Source: a virus
Reading direction: 5' to 3' (one strand)
Virus record (IMG/VR): IMGVR_UViG_3300050034_000403
Location: 1 to 64,000 of that record
DNA length: 64,000 nt
Shown: positions 1 to 9,602 of the stretch, in pieces
Layout: every line of letters starts with the position of its first letter
Numbering within the stretch: the stretch's first letter is position 1
Notes under the pieces: model-generated
The model's database searches: none
Seen by the model: the letters and a program-made list of their open reading frames with translations, nothing else
What the model was told of the DNA's origin: nothing
Program-made: the position numbers and the translations under genes

Positions 1-3
1 CCC

Positions 4-807
4 ATGCTGCGGCGGATGCGGCGCCGCTCTACCGAGAACGTGATTGCGGAGATGCTGCACCTGCATGAAGCGTACGGCGTCAGCGCCATCAACTTCTACG
101 ACGACGAGCTGAACGTCAATCCTAACCTTGTAGATTTAATGCGAAGCATTCAATCTACCGGCATTGACTGGCGCCTGCGCGGCTTTGTCCGGTCCGATCT
201 GTTCACGGAGGAGCAGGCCGAGGCCATGTATGCAGCCGGCTTCCGTTGGCTGCTCTGCGGCTTTGAGTCAGCGCATCCACGGATGTTGCGCAACATGAAC
301 AAAAAATCCACCGTGGCCAATAATACCCGCATGTTGCACATCGCTCACCAGCACGGGCTCAAGGTCAAGGCGCTGATGAGCTTTGGCCACCCAGCGGAAT
401 CGGAAGCCACAATCCTGACCACGCGCGACTGGTTGCTTCAGGAAAAGCCCGACGACTTCGACTGCACCATCATCACCACATATCCTGGCTGCGCCTACTA
501 CGACTACGCACGCCTTCAGGAAGATGGCCTTTATGTCTTTGAAACCCACGGGGACAAGCTCTACACGCACGACGTGAACTACGCCACGGATGCCATGTAT
601 TACAAAGGCAAGCCCGGCGACTACAAGTCGTACGTCTGGACCGATGACCTTTCGCCCGAGCGGCTGGTCGAGCTGCGGGATGCGGTGGAGGCAGAAGTGC
701 GGGACAAGCTGAAAATCCCCTTCTATGCCGGTGTGGCAGCTCTTCAGTTCGAGCACTCCATGGGGCAGGGCAATATCCCAGCACAAATCTTACGGAGTTC
801 ACGATAA
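4..807 (+). CDS. Radical SAM enzyme, C-terminal part (B12-binding/class B-like); probably truncated at window edge
   Basis: RRRSTENVIAEM, FYDDELN, GFESAH, G.P.E motifs typical of radical SAM barrel; CxxxCxxC not in window. Confidence 0.75.
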   Translation: MLRRMRRRSTENVIAEMLHLHEAYGVSAINFYDDELNVNPNLVDLMRSIQSTGIDWRLRGFVRSDLFTEEQAEAMYAAGFRWLLCGFESAHPRMLRNMNKKSTVANNTRMLHIAHQHGLKVKALMSFGHPAESEATILTTRDWLLQEKPDDFDCTIITTYPGCAYYDYARLQEDGLYVFETHGDKLYTHDVNYATDAMYYKGKPGDYKSYVWTDDLSPERLVELRDAVEAEVRDKLKIPFYAGVAALQFEHSMGQGNIPAQILRSSR

Positions 808-824
808 AGTACAGCGGAGGAAGC

Positions 825-1484
825 ATGACAGACTATCGTGCCTATATTTTCCATGTAAACCGCGAAGATCTTCTCCAAAAAGCGGTGGCAAGCGCACGCG
901 ATTTGTGGAAGGAATTAACCGTCGTTGACAATTCCACAAACGGACTTGAAGTGCCGATCCCGTATGTCCACGTGCTTCGCCCTACGGTGCCGCTGACCGC
1001 AATCCAGTCCATTAATTTCGCGATGATGAATACCCGAACACAGGGCGCAAAGATTGCGATCTGGATGCATTCGGACGCTGAAGCCCATCCAGGCTCGTGC
1101 TTGGCTTTGGTGGAGTATGCTCGGCGGATGAATGTCGAAGGACGCAAGTGGGGCACTCTCTTCACCAACTATGACGCTTTGGCAGCGCTGAACACAGAGC
1201 TGATCGACACAGTCGGACTCTGGGATACAACGTTCCACTCCTACTTTGGTGATAACGACTATTACCGTCGTATTCGTCTTGCTGGCTATGAATGCATCGA
1301 TACTGGTATCCCGGTTTACCATACGGCAAGCCAGACCATCAACAGCGACCCAGAACTGCGTTTTCGCAACTCGATCACCTTTCCGTTGTACCAAGCATAT
1401 TACGTTGCCAAGTATGGCGGTTCACCGGGAAATGAAACCTACTCAACGCCTTTCAACCGGCAGGGCAGCACAAACCTCAAGTAG
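825..1484 (+). CDS. Glycosyltransferase family 2-like protein
   Basis: VVDNS, N..M, HSD (DxD-like), GLWD..F..YF.DNDYYRR, H..S.T motifs; GGAGG SD. Confidence 0.75.
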   Translation: MTDYRAYIFHVNREDLLQKAVASARDLWKELTVVDNSTNGLEVPIPYVHVLRPTVPLTAIQSINFAMMNTRTQGAKIAIWMHSDAEAHPGSCLALVEYARRMNVEGRKWGTLFTNYDALAALNTELIDTVGLWDTTFHSYFGDNDYYRRIRLAGYECIDTGIPVYHTASQTINSDPELRFRNSITFPLYQAYYVAKYGGSPGNETYSTPFNRQGSTNLK

Positions 1485-1486
1485 CC

Positions 1487-1537
1487 AAAAACCGTCCTTG
1501 ACCGTCTTTAACTCTAAAGCGTTATAATTGGCGCGCC
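1487..1537 (+). promoter_or_regulatory. Short leader/promoter of CRISPR-like array 1
   Basis: AAAAcCGTCCTTGA..N..AAAGCGTTATAAT block homologous to leader-proximal end of main array (63203-63244, minus); TATAAT at 1523-1528. Confidence 0.65.
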
Positions 1538-1981
1538 ATCACAACGTAGTCAAAGTGCGTCGTAAAGATGCAACAAAGCGCAATAATTTTCTATTTAGGA
1601 GCGTTGCAGTAGCAAAGCAGTCGCAGTGCATCGCACAGATGCAACATTTGCACCACTTGAAAAATGCACAGAATTGGTAGCAGTAAGACAGTTGAAGTGC
1701 ACCGAGCAGGTGCAACACCTGGAACTAATCGACCGTGTAGTCAAAGTGCATCGAACAGATGCAACGTTATGCGCCGTGACTTTGGCCAAAGGAATCACCA
1801 CATAGCAATGCTGTTGAAGTGCATCGGATAGATGCAACCGGCAATTGATCGCAGCAACTTTTGGGGATCTGGAGCACTAGATAGTTAAAGTGCATCGCAT
1901 AGATGCAACTCCATCTTCAGCGCAGTATCGTTGCTGACAGTTCCGTCGCAACGCAGTATGAGTGCATCGAACAGATGCAAC
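1538..1981 (+). CRISPR. Degenerate CRISPR array 1: 7 repeats, ~34-36 nt spacers (one shortened unit)
   Basis: Repeats ending ...AGTGCATCG-N4-GATGCAAC at 1574, 1645, 1716, 1765, 1838, 1909, 1981; ~71 nt period; same family as array at 61892-63195. Confidence 0.85.
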
Positions 1982-2047
1982 TGTTTGAGATTGGCCCGAC
2001 AAAAAATCACCGTTGCGTTTTAGCTGGCATCGGGGGATGATGCGGTC

Positions 2048-2716
2048 ATGGAACAAGTGACTGAACCTCTTTCCGAGTCCCCCGCCCCCGTTCTTCCCAC
2101 AGAAACGGATGCCAGCTCAAAAGTACGCGGCGGCAAAGCCAGAATGAACGAGCTGACGCCATCCAAACGGCGTGCGCTTGGCCGCAAAGCAGCGCAGGCA
2201 CGCTGGGGAAAAGACAAGAACCCAACAACCGACGAAAAGGCACCCCGCAAGCGCCGCAAAGCCAAGTTCGTCATTGAGCGTCCGGTGTCTGCGCCAAATG
2301 CACGACGTGAAACGCGAGTCTTCGGCATTGCGCTGACGGCTGCGGAGAAGCGTCTCGCTCGGGCGATCGAAGAGCGTGCGCGCGCGGCCTCTACCTGGGC
2401 TGTTTTGAATGCCGAGATCCCCAGTCTGCAAAGAACCATCGCGGCGCTGCGCAATCAGCAGAATCCAGTTGCAAACGGACAAGGCTACGAACCACAACTG
2501 CCAGACGGTTCCGGCTATCAATCCAATGCCGGCTACGACCTTACACGCGTGGTTTCGGACGCTCCTGTGCCCTTTGTCGCGCCGCAGCAAGCGGCACGCA
2601 CCTTAGCGGCTTCACGCGTCGGTGGCGGTGCCGTAGAGACTGTTCTTGACGATGCCTTAGACGACGAAGACAAGTTTCTCAACGGCAGCGGTATGGCTGG
2701 AGGAAATTGGCACTAA
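2048..2716 (+). CDS. Hypothetical protein with basic GGKAR...RKAAQARW motif and coiled coil
   Basis: 222 aa ORF, GGGGGA SD-like, recognisable basic helical motif. Confidence 0.6.
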   Translation: MEQVTEPLSESPAPVLPTETDASSKVRGGKARMNELTPSKRRALGRKAAQARWGKDKNPTTDEKAPRKRRKAKFVIERPVSAPNARRETRVFGIALTAAEKRLARAIEERARAASTWAVLNAEIPSLQRTIAALRNQQNPVANGQGYEPQLPDGSGYQSNAGYDLTRVVSDAPVPFVAPQQAARTLAASRVGGGAVETVLDDALDDEDKFLNGSGMAGGNWH

Positions 2717-2717
2717 C

Positions 2718-2999
2718 ATGCACACAGATTCAAAATTCGAATGGGCCGATAGAACCAAGGGCATCATTTCCGATCATGCGCGCGGGATGAAGACACTGGC
2801 GATTGCCACAAAATGGAACGTCTCGCGCGCTTGGGTGCTTCAGAACGTTAGCGAAAGCGATTATTACTCCAGAAGTAATAAAAACAAGTATGCTCTACAA
2901 AGAAAAATTCAATTTCAGCTTCTGGAAGAGTATCCGCAGACTTTCAAAGAAATCATGAGCGCCGATCTTCAATCGCCAGGATCTGAATCAAATCGCTAA
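2718..2999 (+). CDS. Small putative HTH protein
   Basis: GMKTLAIATKWNVSRAWV resembles helix-turn-helix; follows upstream ORF directly. Confidence 0.5.
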   Translation: MHTDSKFEWADRTKGIISDHARGMKTLAIATKWNVSRAWVLQNVSESDYYSRSNKNKYALQRKIQFQLLEEYPQTFKEIMSADLQSPGSESNR

Positions 3000-3922
3000 G
3001 CGGCTTCCCCTACCATCCGAAACACGCCCTTGCGCGGGGAACGGCCAGAGTGGCAATTCTCACGAAAGCAGCAAGGGACAGGCCAATCGCAGGTAGAAAG
3101 CTGCGGCTCGGGCAGCGAGTCCAGATTCTGGACTTTTTCGAGTTTGCTGGCCGTCAGATCAAGAATGCGCTGACGCGCCGATTTCTCTGGCACCGGAATC
3201 TCGACGGTAAAGCACAGGTCCTGAAGCACGCCATCATCGAGCATCGCCTGAAGCCAATCGTGGGTCGAAATGTCGTCAAAATCTTCCCGCCAAACTGGAA
3301 GCCAGGTGCTTTTAAAGCCCTCGCTCACATCGTTTTTCTTGCGAAAACGCAGCTTTTTGTTGACCGGATGTCTCAGGCCTCGCGTCCAAGAAGAATGCCG
3401 TTTTCCGCTCCGATTTTGGCCGAGGACAACCACCACTTGCTGCAGTGGTAGGCCATAGGCACAGACAGCACCCATGCTTTGCCAGGAGCGGCACTCGTGG
3501 TAATGGCGATCATCGTTCCAGCTCGATACCAGCACGATGCGGCGCAGATGAAGTCCATCCGGAGAGAGAAAGCACGACGGCTTCCATAGCGGAAGATCTT
3601 CAGGAATCTTCCAAGGTGGTTCGCTTGGTTTGCGGATCGCCGTTGTCACGATGTCGGCAAGGCAGGCAAGATGGGACACTTCAGCGTGCACGTCGTAGCT
3701 GGATGTGGCCAGCCCAGGCTCAACACCAAGGCCATAAACTTGTTCACCAGCCACCTCCCCCCAATCTTTCCGTTCTGCTTCCAGAACTCCTGCTCGCACT
3801 CCCGCTTGGAGCATCTGAATAGCGTCCATTTTGTATCGCTGCCAGGACAGCATCCAGAACGCCATGCGAGAACATTTTTCGAATGCAGTAAGTATTTCAG
3901 CACTTGGTTGCATATCGCCCAC
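2996..3922 (-). CDS. Cas4/AddB-like PD-(D/E)XK-fold protein with Fe-S cysteine staple, catalytic motif looks degenerate
   Basis: N-terminal S..L..F.KC.R..FW and C-terminal C.W..PC.FR..C; W-Q-x7-Y resembles the QxxxY region. Confidence 0.6.
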   Translation of the reverse strand: MGDMQPSAEILTAFEKCSRMAFWMLSWQRYKMDAIQMLQAGVRAGVLEAERKDWGEVAGEQVYGLGVEPGLATSSYDVHAEVSHLACLADIVTTAIRKPSEPPWKIPEDLPLWKPSCFLSPDGLHLRRIVLVSSWNDDRHYHECRSWQSMGAVCAYGLPLQQVVVVLGQNRSGKRHSSWTRGLRHPVNKKLRFRKKNDVSEGFKSTWLPVWREDFDDISTHDWLQAMLDDGVLQDLCFTVEIPVPEKSARQRILDLTASKLEKVQNLDSLPEPQLSTCDWPVPCCFRENCHSGRSPRKGVFRMVGEAA

Positions 3923-4532
3923 ACACCATAAAAGGTTGCGTTACCGCTTTTTCAACTGGCCATCCTTTTTTCAATCTTTGCCTCAACCTGCTTGACTTAA
4001 TTCCTACAATTCTGGCAAGATCAGTCACAGTTACTTGCAAGCCTTTCCATTCAACGTGCACATTATTGCGCTTGTTATTTTGCTGTTCAGTCCGGGTTGC
4101 CCATCTGCAATTTTCAGGAGTATAGCCTTTATCGTTATCTCTCCTATCCAGCTGCATTCCCTTGGGGCATTCGCCCATGTCTGTTCTAAAGTCGGGGAAT
4201 GACGCACGCCATCTTTCGCATACTCCGATGCCGCGTGCACCATAATACTTAAAATCGGTTCGACGAGGGTTATAGCATCTTCTCATCATATTGAACCACG
4301 CGGAGTATTCAGCTGTGGCTTTTTTGCCTACATATTCTCCATGCACAAGCACCTTTAAAGCTTTGGACATATTATTTTTTGCTTTTTCTGAATGATGGCG
4401 TTTGTGGCCAGCTACATATTTACGCGGTTCTCCGGCTTTTGTTCCATCGCGTTTGCATCCATAGCGAAAAGGAGCCGTCTTTTCTCCGCATCCACATTGG
4501 CAGTATCCGTAAGGTACGCTCGATTCAGACAA
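3897..4532 (-). CDS. HNH-family homing endonuclease
   Basis: CQCGCG; EY..W..M..RC.NP; YGARGI.VCERW; LDR.DND.GY.P.NCRWAT..EQ.NN. Confidence 0.85.
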   Translation of the reverse strand: MSESSVPYGYCQCGCGEKTAPFRYGCKRDGTKAGEPRKYVAGHKRHHSEKAKNNMSKALKVLVHGEYVGKKATAEYSAWFNMMRRCYNPRRTDFKYYGARGIGVCERWRASFPDFRTDMGECPKGMQLDRRDNDKGYTPENCRWATRTEQQNNKRNNVHVEWKGLQVTVTDLARIVGIKSSRLRQRLKKGWPVEKAVTQPFMVCGRYATKC

Positions 4533-4573
4533 TTTAATATTCTCCTTAGTCCAGAATCTGGACTTTTTCGGAC

Positions 4574-7285
4574 TTAGTCTTCTGTTCCAGAATCATCTTC
4601 CGTTGTCGTATCGTCCGTCTCTGGCTCGTCCTGGTCTGGTGAAGTCGCATCAGACTCTCCCGCATCTGGCGCTGTTTCGTCAGGCGTCTCATCCTGTGCG
4701 CCCTGCTGCTGTAGTTGTTGCTGCCGCTTCAGTGCTTCCTGCCGCAGTTGCTGCAACGTCTTGGGCGTCGACGCTGTAGCGCCGCTGCCAGCCACAAAAG
4801 CCGTAAGGGCTTGCGACACTGGAAACTTCTTTTTCTTTGCAGCTTTCACCATCGTATTCAAGTTCTGCGTAAAAACTGCTTTCTCTTCTTCCGGAAGACG
4901 ATTGAACATCGCGACTTCTCTTGGTGTAACCTTTGCAAGCCAGTTGGTCACTTCAGGTCGTTCTAACAAAGCGGCAAGTGCATGAGAACCAGCAAGAATC
5001 ACCGGAGCCATCGCAACTTCTGCAAACGCATATCCTGGATGGCCCATTCCAGCCGACATAATCGACATAGGAACTGTCCAGAAAAGCGAGTTGAGCGTAC
5101 GTCTAATACCTTGCTGGCGAAAGCTTTCTGCCGTCGACGCAATACCCGCTTTTATGTTTGCCAAACGATCTGCGGGGGTAACCGTCTGATCCTTCGGCCG
5201 GTCCGGTGGAGCAACGCGTTCGGCTGGTGCAACCGTTCCTTCAGCTGGCGCGGGAGGTTCAGGCTCCGTTTGCAGACGGTATCCTGGACGCAAGTCGTCC
5301 TCCGTCGGAGGCTCTGGCTCTGGCTTCAAGCGATAACCTTCGCGCAAATCGTCTTCCGAGGGAGGTGATGGAATCTGCTTTCTTGCCTTGCGAAGCTGAT
5401 CCTCCGTCTGCATTTTTTTCAGTTGTTCCCGCCGCGCCTGTACCTTCTCGTAGTCTTTGACTAACGAAGGGTCGTATACTTGCGCCGCATTCAAACGCTC
5501 TCGGTCATTCTCCTCGTCGAACTGCTCGGGATTGGCCTCCCGCTTGCGAATCTCGTCTTGCGTTTTTGGAACATGCCGTTCCCGTCCAAATGCCTTTTGG
5601 TATTTCTGCGTCTCCTCGCGAGCAGATTTCAAGTCATCCAGCGCCCCTGCGTTCAAAGACGCTCTTGTTTCGGCCTGATCGAGCGTCTTGAGAAGCTGCT
5701 TCATCTCGCCAAGCAAAGGACCTTCGTACTTTCCGCTGTAAACGTTACGGCCAACAATTGATCTTGCACGATGAACCTGTTCTGCCGGGATTGCAGCCCC
5801 TGCTTGCGGATTGAAATCAATAGGCTCTGGTTCAAAACCGTTGGTCGAGGCAATCTTGTCGACTTCTGCTCTTTTCTCTGGGGGAAGATCCCAATAATCT
5901 TCTTTGTACCCCTGCGATTTCATAATCGCTGCACGATCTTTTGCATACTGCGATTCGGGAGGTGCATCTTCCGGATCGGGGGTAAGCTGGTTAACCATTC
6001 TTGTCACTTCGGGGGAGATCGCAGTGATCTTTTTCAGTGGTTCAGAAATCTCCCCGCCATCGATCGTGACTCCGGCCATCTTGTCGTGCCAGGGCTTCCA
6101 TGCCTTATCTTTTGCTGCCTTGGCTTTGGCTTTGGTGGCATCTTCCTTGCCATAATAGGCGCTTGTATCCTGCTGAAGTCCCGCTTCTTCTGCACGCCGC
6201 AGTTCAAGCGCATGATCGGTTGCAGCGTTTTCCTGCGCAATCTGATCGGCAGCGGCCTTATGCTTTGCCCTAATTCTGTCGTTTTCCGCGCGAACTTTTT
6301 CGACCTCCGCAGCGTGCTTGGTACGCACGCGCGTATTATCCGCCCGCACTTTGGCGACATCGAGTCCATGCTTGGCCCGTTCGACTTCGTCGGTCGCTTT
6401 TACTTTGTCCGCACGCGTCAGCTCTTTCCCTGCCGTTTCGTGCAAAGCATCTTGCGTTTTCTCCAAGTGCTCACGTGCAGCATCCACATTGGCTTTTACT
6501 GTGCTTTGCGCAAGTTTTTTCAATCCGCGCGGCCCAGTACCGGTAATCGCTTCCGCAGCACCACGAGCCGCAGCGCCTCCTGCACCAAAAACTTTTTTAG
6601 TTGCGTGCGGCACTAAAAGCATTGCTGCATTGCCTGCAACAGTTCCGAGAGCACCAGCAATGTCGCCAGAACCCCATTGCGTACCGGCCTGTTCGCCCAC
6701 CTGCTGCCACCATGGACCCACACTAGGCACAGCCGTAGCAAGCGCATGAGCAGCCGTCTTTTGAGCATGTTCACGCGCAACGTATTTATTTGGTGCCGTA
6801 CGCGCTTGTTGAAATTCGCTGGCTGTCTGTTGCATTTGCTGCGACGTTGGATCAATCCAAAAACGCTTGGCAAGTAGACCAGCTCTGCCCGTCTTTTCAA
6901 CTACCTTTGCTTCTTCTGGATTCTGTGCCCCTTCTACTACCCCGTGATAAAGTCCGGACACTGCACCACCAACCGCCTGTCCAGCGCTTGACACAAATCT
7001 CGATGCTGCACCACCTACAGGCTTCGCAGCTTCTTCTGGCGCATACATCGGTCGTCCCGCAGCATTTTTTCCTGCGATGCGTACGCCAGGAGGAAGATTT
7101 GCGCTCCGCAATCCGGAGAGATTGCGCTTGATGACATCATCGCCCAGGTTCGAGTATTGCGGAAACGCTGCGCGGAAGCGCTTTGGATCGGAAAGGTTCT
7201 GAAGAATACGGTCATCCGACCAGTCTTTCAGACCGGGATACTTGGTGCGAACTTCCTGAACCGGATTCCATGCTTTGTCTGGCAT
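4574..7285 (-). CDS. Large helical virion protein, probable internal/ejection protein
   Basis: 903 aa Ala/Gly/charged helical protein at distal end of late operon, typical position for podovirus ejectosome genes. Confidence 0.5.
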   Translation of the reverse strand: MPDKAWNPVQEVRTKYPGLKDWSDDRILQNLSDPKRFRAAFPQYSNLGDDVIKRNLSGLRSANLPPGVRIAGKNAAGRPMYAPEEAAKPVGGAASRFVSSAGQAVGGAVSGLYHGVVEGAQNPEEAKVVEKTGRAGLLAKRFWIDPTSQQMQQTASEFQQARTAPNKYVAREHAQKTAAHALATAVPSVGPWWQQVGEQAGTQWGSGDIAGALGTVAGNAAMLLVPHATKKVFGAGGAAARGAAEAITGTGPRGLKKLAQSTVKANVDAAREHLEKTQDALHETAGKELTRADKVKATDEVERAKHGLDVAKVRADNTRVRTKHAAEVEKVRAENDRIRAKHKAAADQIAQENAATDHALELRRAEEAGLQQDTSAYYGKEDATKAKAKAAKDKAWKPWHDKMAGVTIDGGEISEPLKKITAISPEVTRMVNQLTPDPEDAPPESQYAKDRAAIMKSQGYKEDYWDLPPEKRAEVDKIASTNGFEPEPIDFNPQAGAAIPAEQVHRARSIVGRNVYSGKYEGPLLGEMKQLLKTLDQAETRASLNAGALDDLKSAREETQKYQKAFGRERHVPKTQDEIRKREANPEQFDEENDRERLNAAQVYDPSLVKDYEKVQARREQLKKMQTEDQLRKARKQIPSPPSEDDLREGYRLKPEPEPPTEDDLRPGYRLQTEPEPPAPAEGTVAPAERVAPPDRPKDQTVTPADRLANIKAGIASTAESFRQQGIRRTLNSLFWTVPMSIMSAGMGHPGYAFAEVAMAPVILAGSHALAALLERPEVTNWLAKVTPREVAMFNRLPEEEKAVFTQNLNTMVKAAKKKKFPVSQALTAFVAGSGATASTPKTLQQLRQEALKRQQQLQQQGAQDETPDETAPDAGESDATSPDQDEPETDDTTTEDDSGTED

Positions 7286-8812
7286 TTATCTCCACCCTGG
7301 CGGTAAAGCCCCCGAGGTACCCGGACGGTTTGTCTGCGGTGCAGGTGCCGGCGCGTTTCCGCCACCGCTAGGCGCATTAAGCCCCGCTTGGTGAGCCATT
7401 GCCCAAAGATTTCTTTTACGAGCCTTCATCGTCAGGTCTGCATAGTGAAGTGCGCTCTTCAGCGCCTGTGGAGAGTTTGACTCGGTAATGGATGATCTGA
7501 TCGCCGCAATTTCTCCTTGGGTTGCGCCAACGTTGGTAAACGCTCTTGCCATCTCGCCTTCAAGCGATGTTTTGACAGTTTCAAAATTCGTGGGCGCGGT
7601 TTCGCCCAAAGCTTTCGACCACGCCAAGCTTGCGCGATTAAACAAAGGAATACTTCCTGTGCCAAGGGTATCAACCAAGCTTCTGGCCAATTTCAAGTGA
7701 TCTTCAGCCGTTCCCAAAGCCGCTAAGTTTGATCCCAGTCCCTTCGGAATCAAAGCTTTATGCCCAGCGACGTTGATCTGATAACCGACGCTTGCCGGAG
7801 TAGTGTACTTACCCCGCTCGGCTTTTCCTGCAGACACGACCATGGTTTGGTTCAGATTGTCAGGATTCACGACAACCATTGGTCGTGCTTGTGCGGACGC
7901 CACCATACGAGCTTCGCCAGGGATAACGCTGGTTTGGCGGATATACTCGGGATAGCTTTTGAGCGCAGCCTGTTCCTCTGGACTTAACTCTTGCCCTTGA
8001 TTTTTTTTGACCAGGGCACGCATATACTCTGGACCAGGCGAAAGCGGGCGCTGCTCTGGGGGAGTGTAACCCTCCGGCATCGGCTCGGCGGTGATTGCTT
8101 CCGTCAGCGAATTCTGCATCGGCTGGTAATACTTACCATCAGCTCCCTTATACGGTTTTGTTCCCGCGAGGGGCTTGAGCATAGTCTTTTTGTCTGTGGT
8201 GCCCAGAACAGTATCCAGATAGTTATCCGTCAGCTTTTTAATTTCTTCTGGCGCTGCGTCTGGATGAAATCTTTTGATGGCATCCATACCACCCTGAACA
8301 GTTTCCATCATGCCAGCCGTGCCGGCTCGTGCTTTCTGAATTGCTTGATCTGCTTGCTGCTTCTCTGTCAAAGGTGCTGGCGCTGCTCCAGCCATCATTT
8401 GGGCTTCTGCTCGTGCGCGCAACTCCCCAGGCGTGCGCGGGGGCTTAACCGGCGCCGCTTGGCCTCTGGTCTGCAATGTCGGCTGATATCCGGGAGGTGC
8501 TGGAAGCTGTGTCGGTTCCGCTTTCGTCAGATGGAGCAAGTGCCCGAACTTTTGCATGGCGCCGGGCTGTTTGGCAAACATGCTGTTCCGGGCTTCAAGA
8601 GCTTGCGCAAGGTTCTGTTGCACTGCGTCTCGCTCTTTGCTTCCTTCTGGGAACGTCGCTAACTTCTGCTGCAGATTGCCAATGTTTGTCTGAAGCTCAT
8701 TGAAATTGGTGCCAAATTCCTTATCCGAAAGGTCTTCCTTCCGTGCCTGCCGATGTGCGGCAAGTTGACTTCCCAGATTCCATCCCGCATTCCATGCATC
8801 GCCGCTTGCCAT
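7286..8812 (-). CDS. Probable internal virion/DNA ejection protein
   Basis: 508 aa, abuts neighbours, Q/A/P-rich, synteny. Confidence 0.5.
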   Translation of the reverse strand: MASGDAWNAGWNLGSQLAAHRQARKEDLSDKEFGTNFNELQTNIGNLQQKLATFPEGSKERDAVQQNLAQALEARNSMFAKQPGAMQKFGHLLHLTKAEPTQLPAPPGYQPTLQTRGQAAPVKPPRTPGELRARAEAQMMAGAAPAPLTEKQQADQAIQKARAGTAGMMETVQGGMDAIKRFHPDAAPEEIKKLTDNYLDTVLGTTDKKTMLKPLAGTKPYKGADGKYYQPMQNSLTEAITAEPMPEGYTPPEQRPLSPGPEYMRALVKKNQGQELSPEEQAALKSYPEYIRQTSVIPGEARMVASAQARPMVVVNPDNLNQTMVVSAGKAERGKYTTPASVGYQINVAGHKALIPKGLGSNLAALGTAEDHLKLARSLVDTLGTGSIPLFNRASLAWSKALGETAPTNFETVKTSLEGEMARAFTNVGATQGEIAAIRSSITESNSPQALKSALHYADLTMKARKRNLWAMAHQAGLNAPSGGGNAPAPAPQTNRPGTSGALPPGWR

Positions 8813-8822
8813 GCTTTACCCC

Positions 8823-9404
8823 TTACTGCGAGTTCGACCAATAGCTGTTCAATCCGCTCATAGCGCCTGCTCCAGTACCAGAAAGCGAACCGCCAGCAGC
8901 GCCCAAACCGAAGGATTCTGCGGAAGAAATTCCGCTTGTGAGGCCGCGACCTAAGATGCTATTTGACCAGTTCGACATCTGTTCCTGCGAGAGCTGTGCC
9001 TGTTGTCCATAGGCTTGCATTCCCTGCCCCAAAAGGCTGCTGCCAGAACTGGCCAGTCCGCTGGCCGAGTTGCCAAGCAGAGAAGAGATCATCTTGTTGA
9101 TGGAAGCGCGCGATGTGTCGTCTGCAGACTGCATAGTGGCATTGGTCCCACCACCACGGTTGTTAAACTGCGAAGCGCCCATTTTTGCTGACTGGCCCTG
9201 CCCTTTGATGTTGCTGATCTCCGGACCCAAAACACCGCCGATTTTAGATTGATCACCCGACAGAATCGAGGACATGAAGTTGGACGATTGGGACAAGTTT
9301 TTCTCGCCCAGTCCAGTGGCAAATCCGCCGATCTGGCCAAACTGATTCATATCTTTCGAGAGGGTAGAATTACTGCCCCCAAATAAGCTCGACCAAAACG
9401 ACAT
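8823..9404 (-). CDS. Probable DNA pilot/ejection protein (Gly/Ser-rich)
   Basis: Start MSFWSSLFGG after GGGAGG SD; G/S/Q-rich composition typical of pilot proteins. Confidence 0.6.
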   Translation of the reverse strand: MSFWSSLFGGSNSTLSKDMNQFGQIGGFATGLGEKNLSQSSNFMSSILSGDQSKIGGVLGPEISNIKGQGQSAKMGASQFNNRGGGTNATMQSADDTSRASINKMISSLLGNSASGLASSGSSLLGQGMQAYGQQAQLSQEQMSNWSNSILGRGLTSGISSAESFGLGAAGGSLSGTGAGAMSGLNSYWSNSQ

Positions 9405-9415
9405 GCCCACCTCCC

Positions 9416-9491
9416 AAAACGAAAATGGCCCAAGGCCATTTCTGGTCTTGAGCCATTGCTTGTTCCGCAAATGCGGGGGCATGTCGCTCAA
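9416..9491 (-). ncRNA. Conserved late-leader attenuator-like RNA, copy A
   Basis: UUGAGC-GA-CAUGC-CC-[CCGC AUUU GCGG]-AACAAGCAAUGGCUCAAGACCA-GAAA-UGGCCUUGGGCCAUUUUCGUUUU. Confidence 0.75.
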
Positions 9492-9602
9492 AAAATCTTT
9501 TGCTTACCGTCATCTAGCAAACATTTCTCTAAAAGCGGAAAGCATCTTTCATCAGGATTATATGCCACATCCAAAAAGCCACCTACGCAAAAACGCTTTG
9601 GC

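Noticed and set aside
1575-1587. Array 1 first spacer shares AAGCGCAATAAT with reverse complements at ~4062 and ~45851 (self-targeting?)
   Set aside because: Only 12 nt, with no extension; compatible with chance
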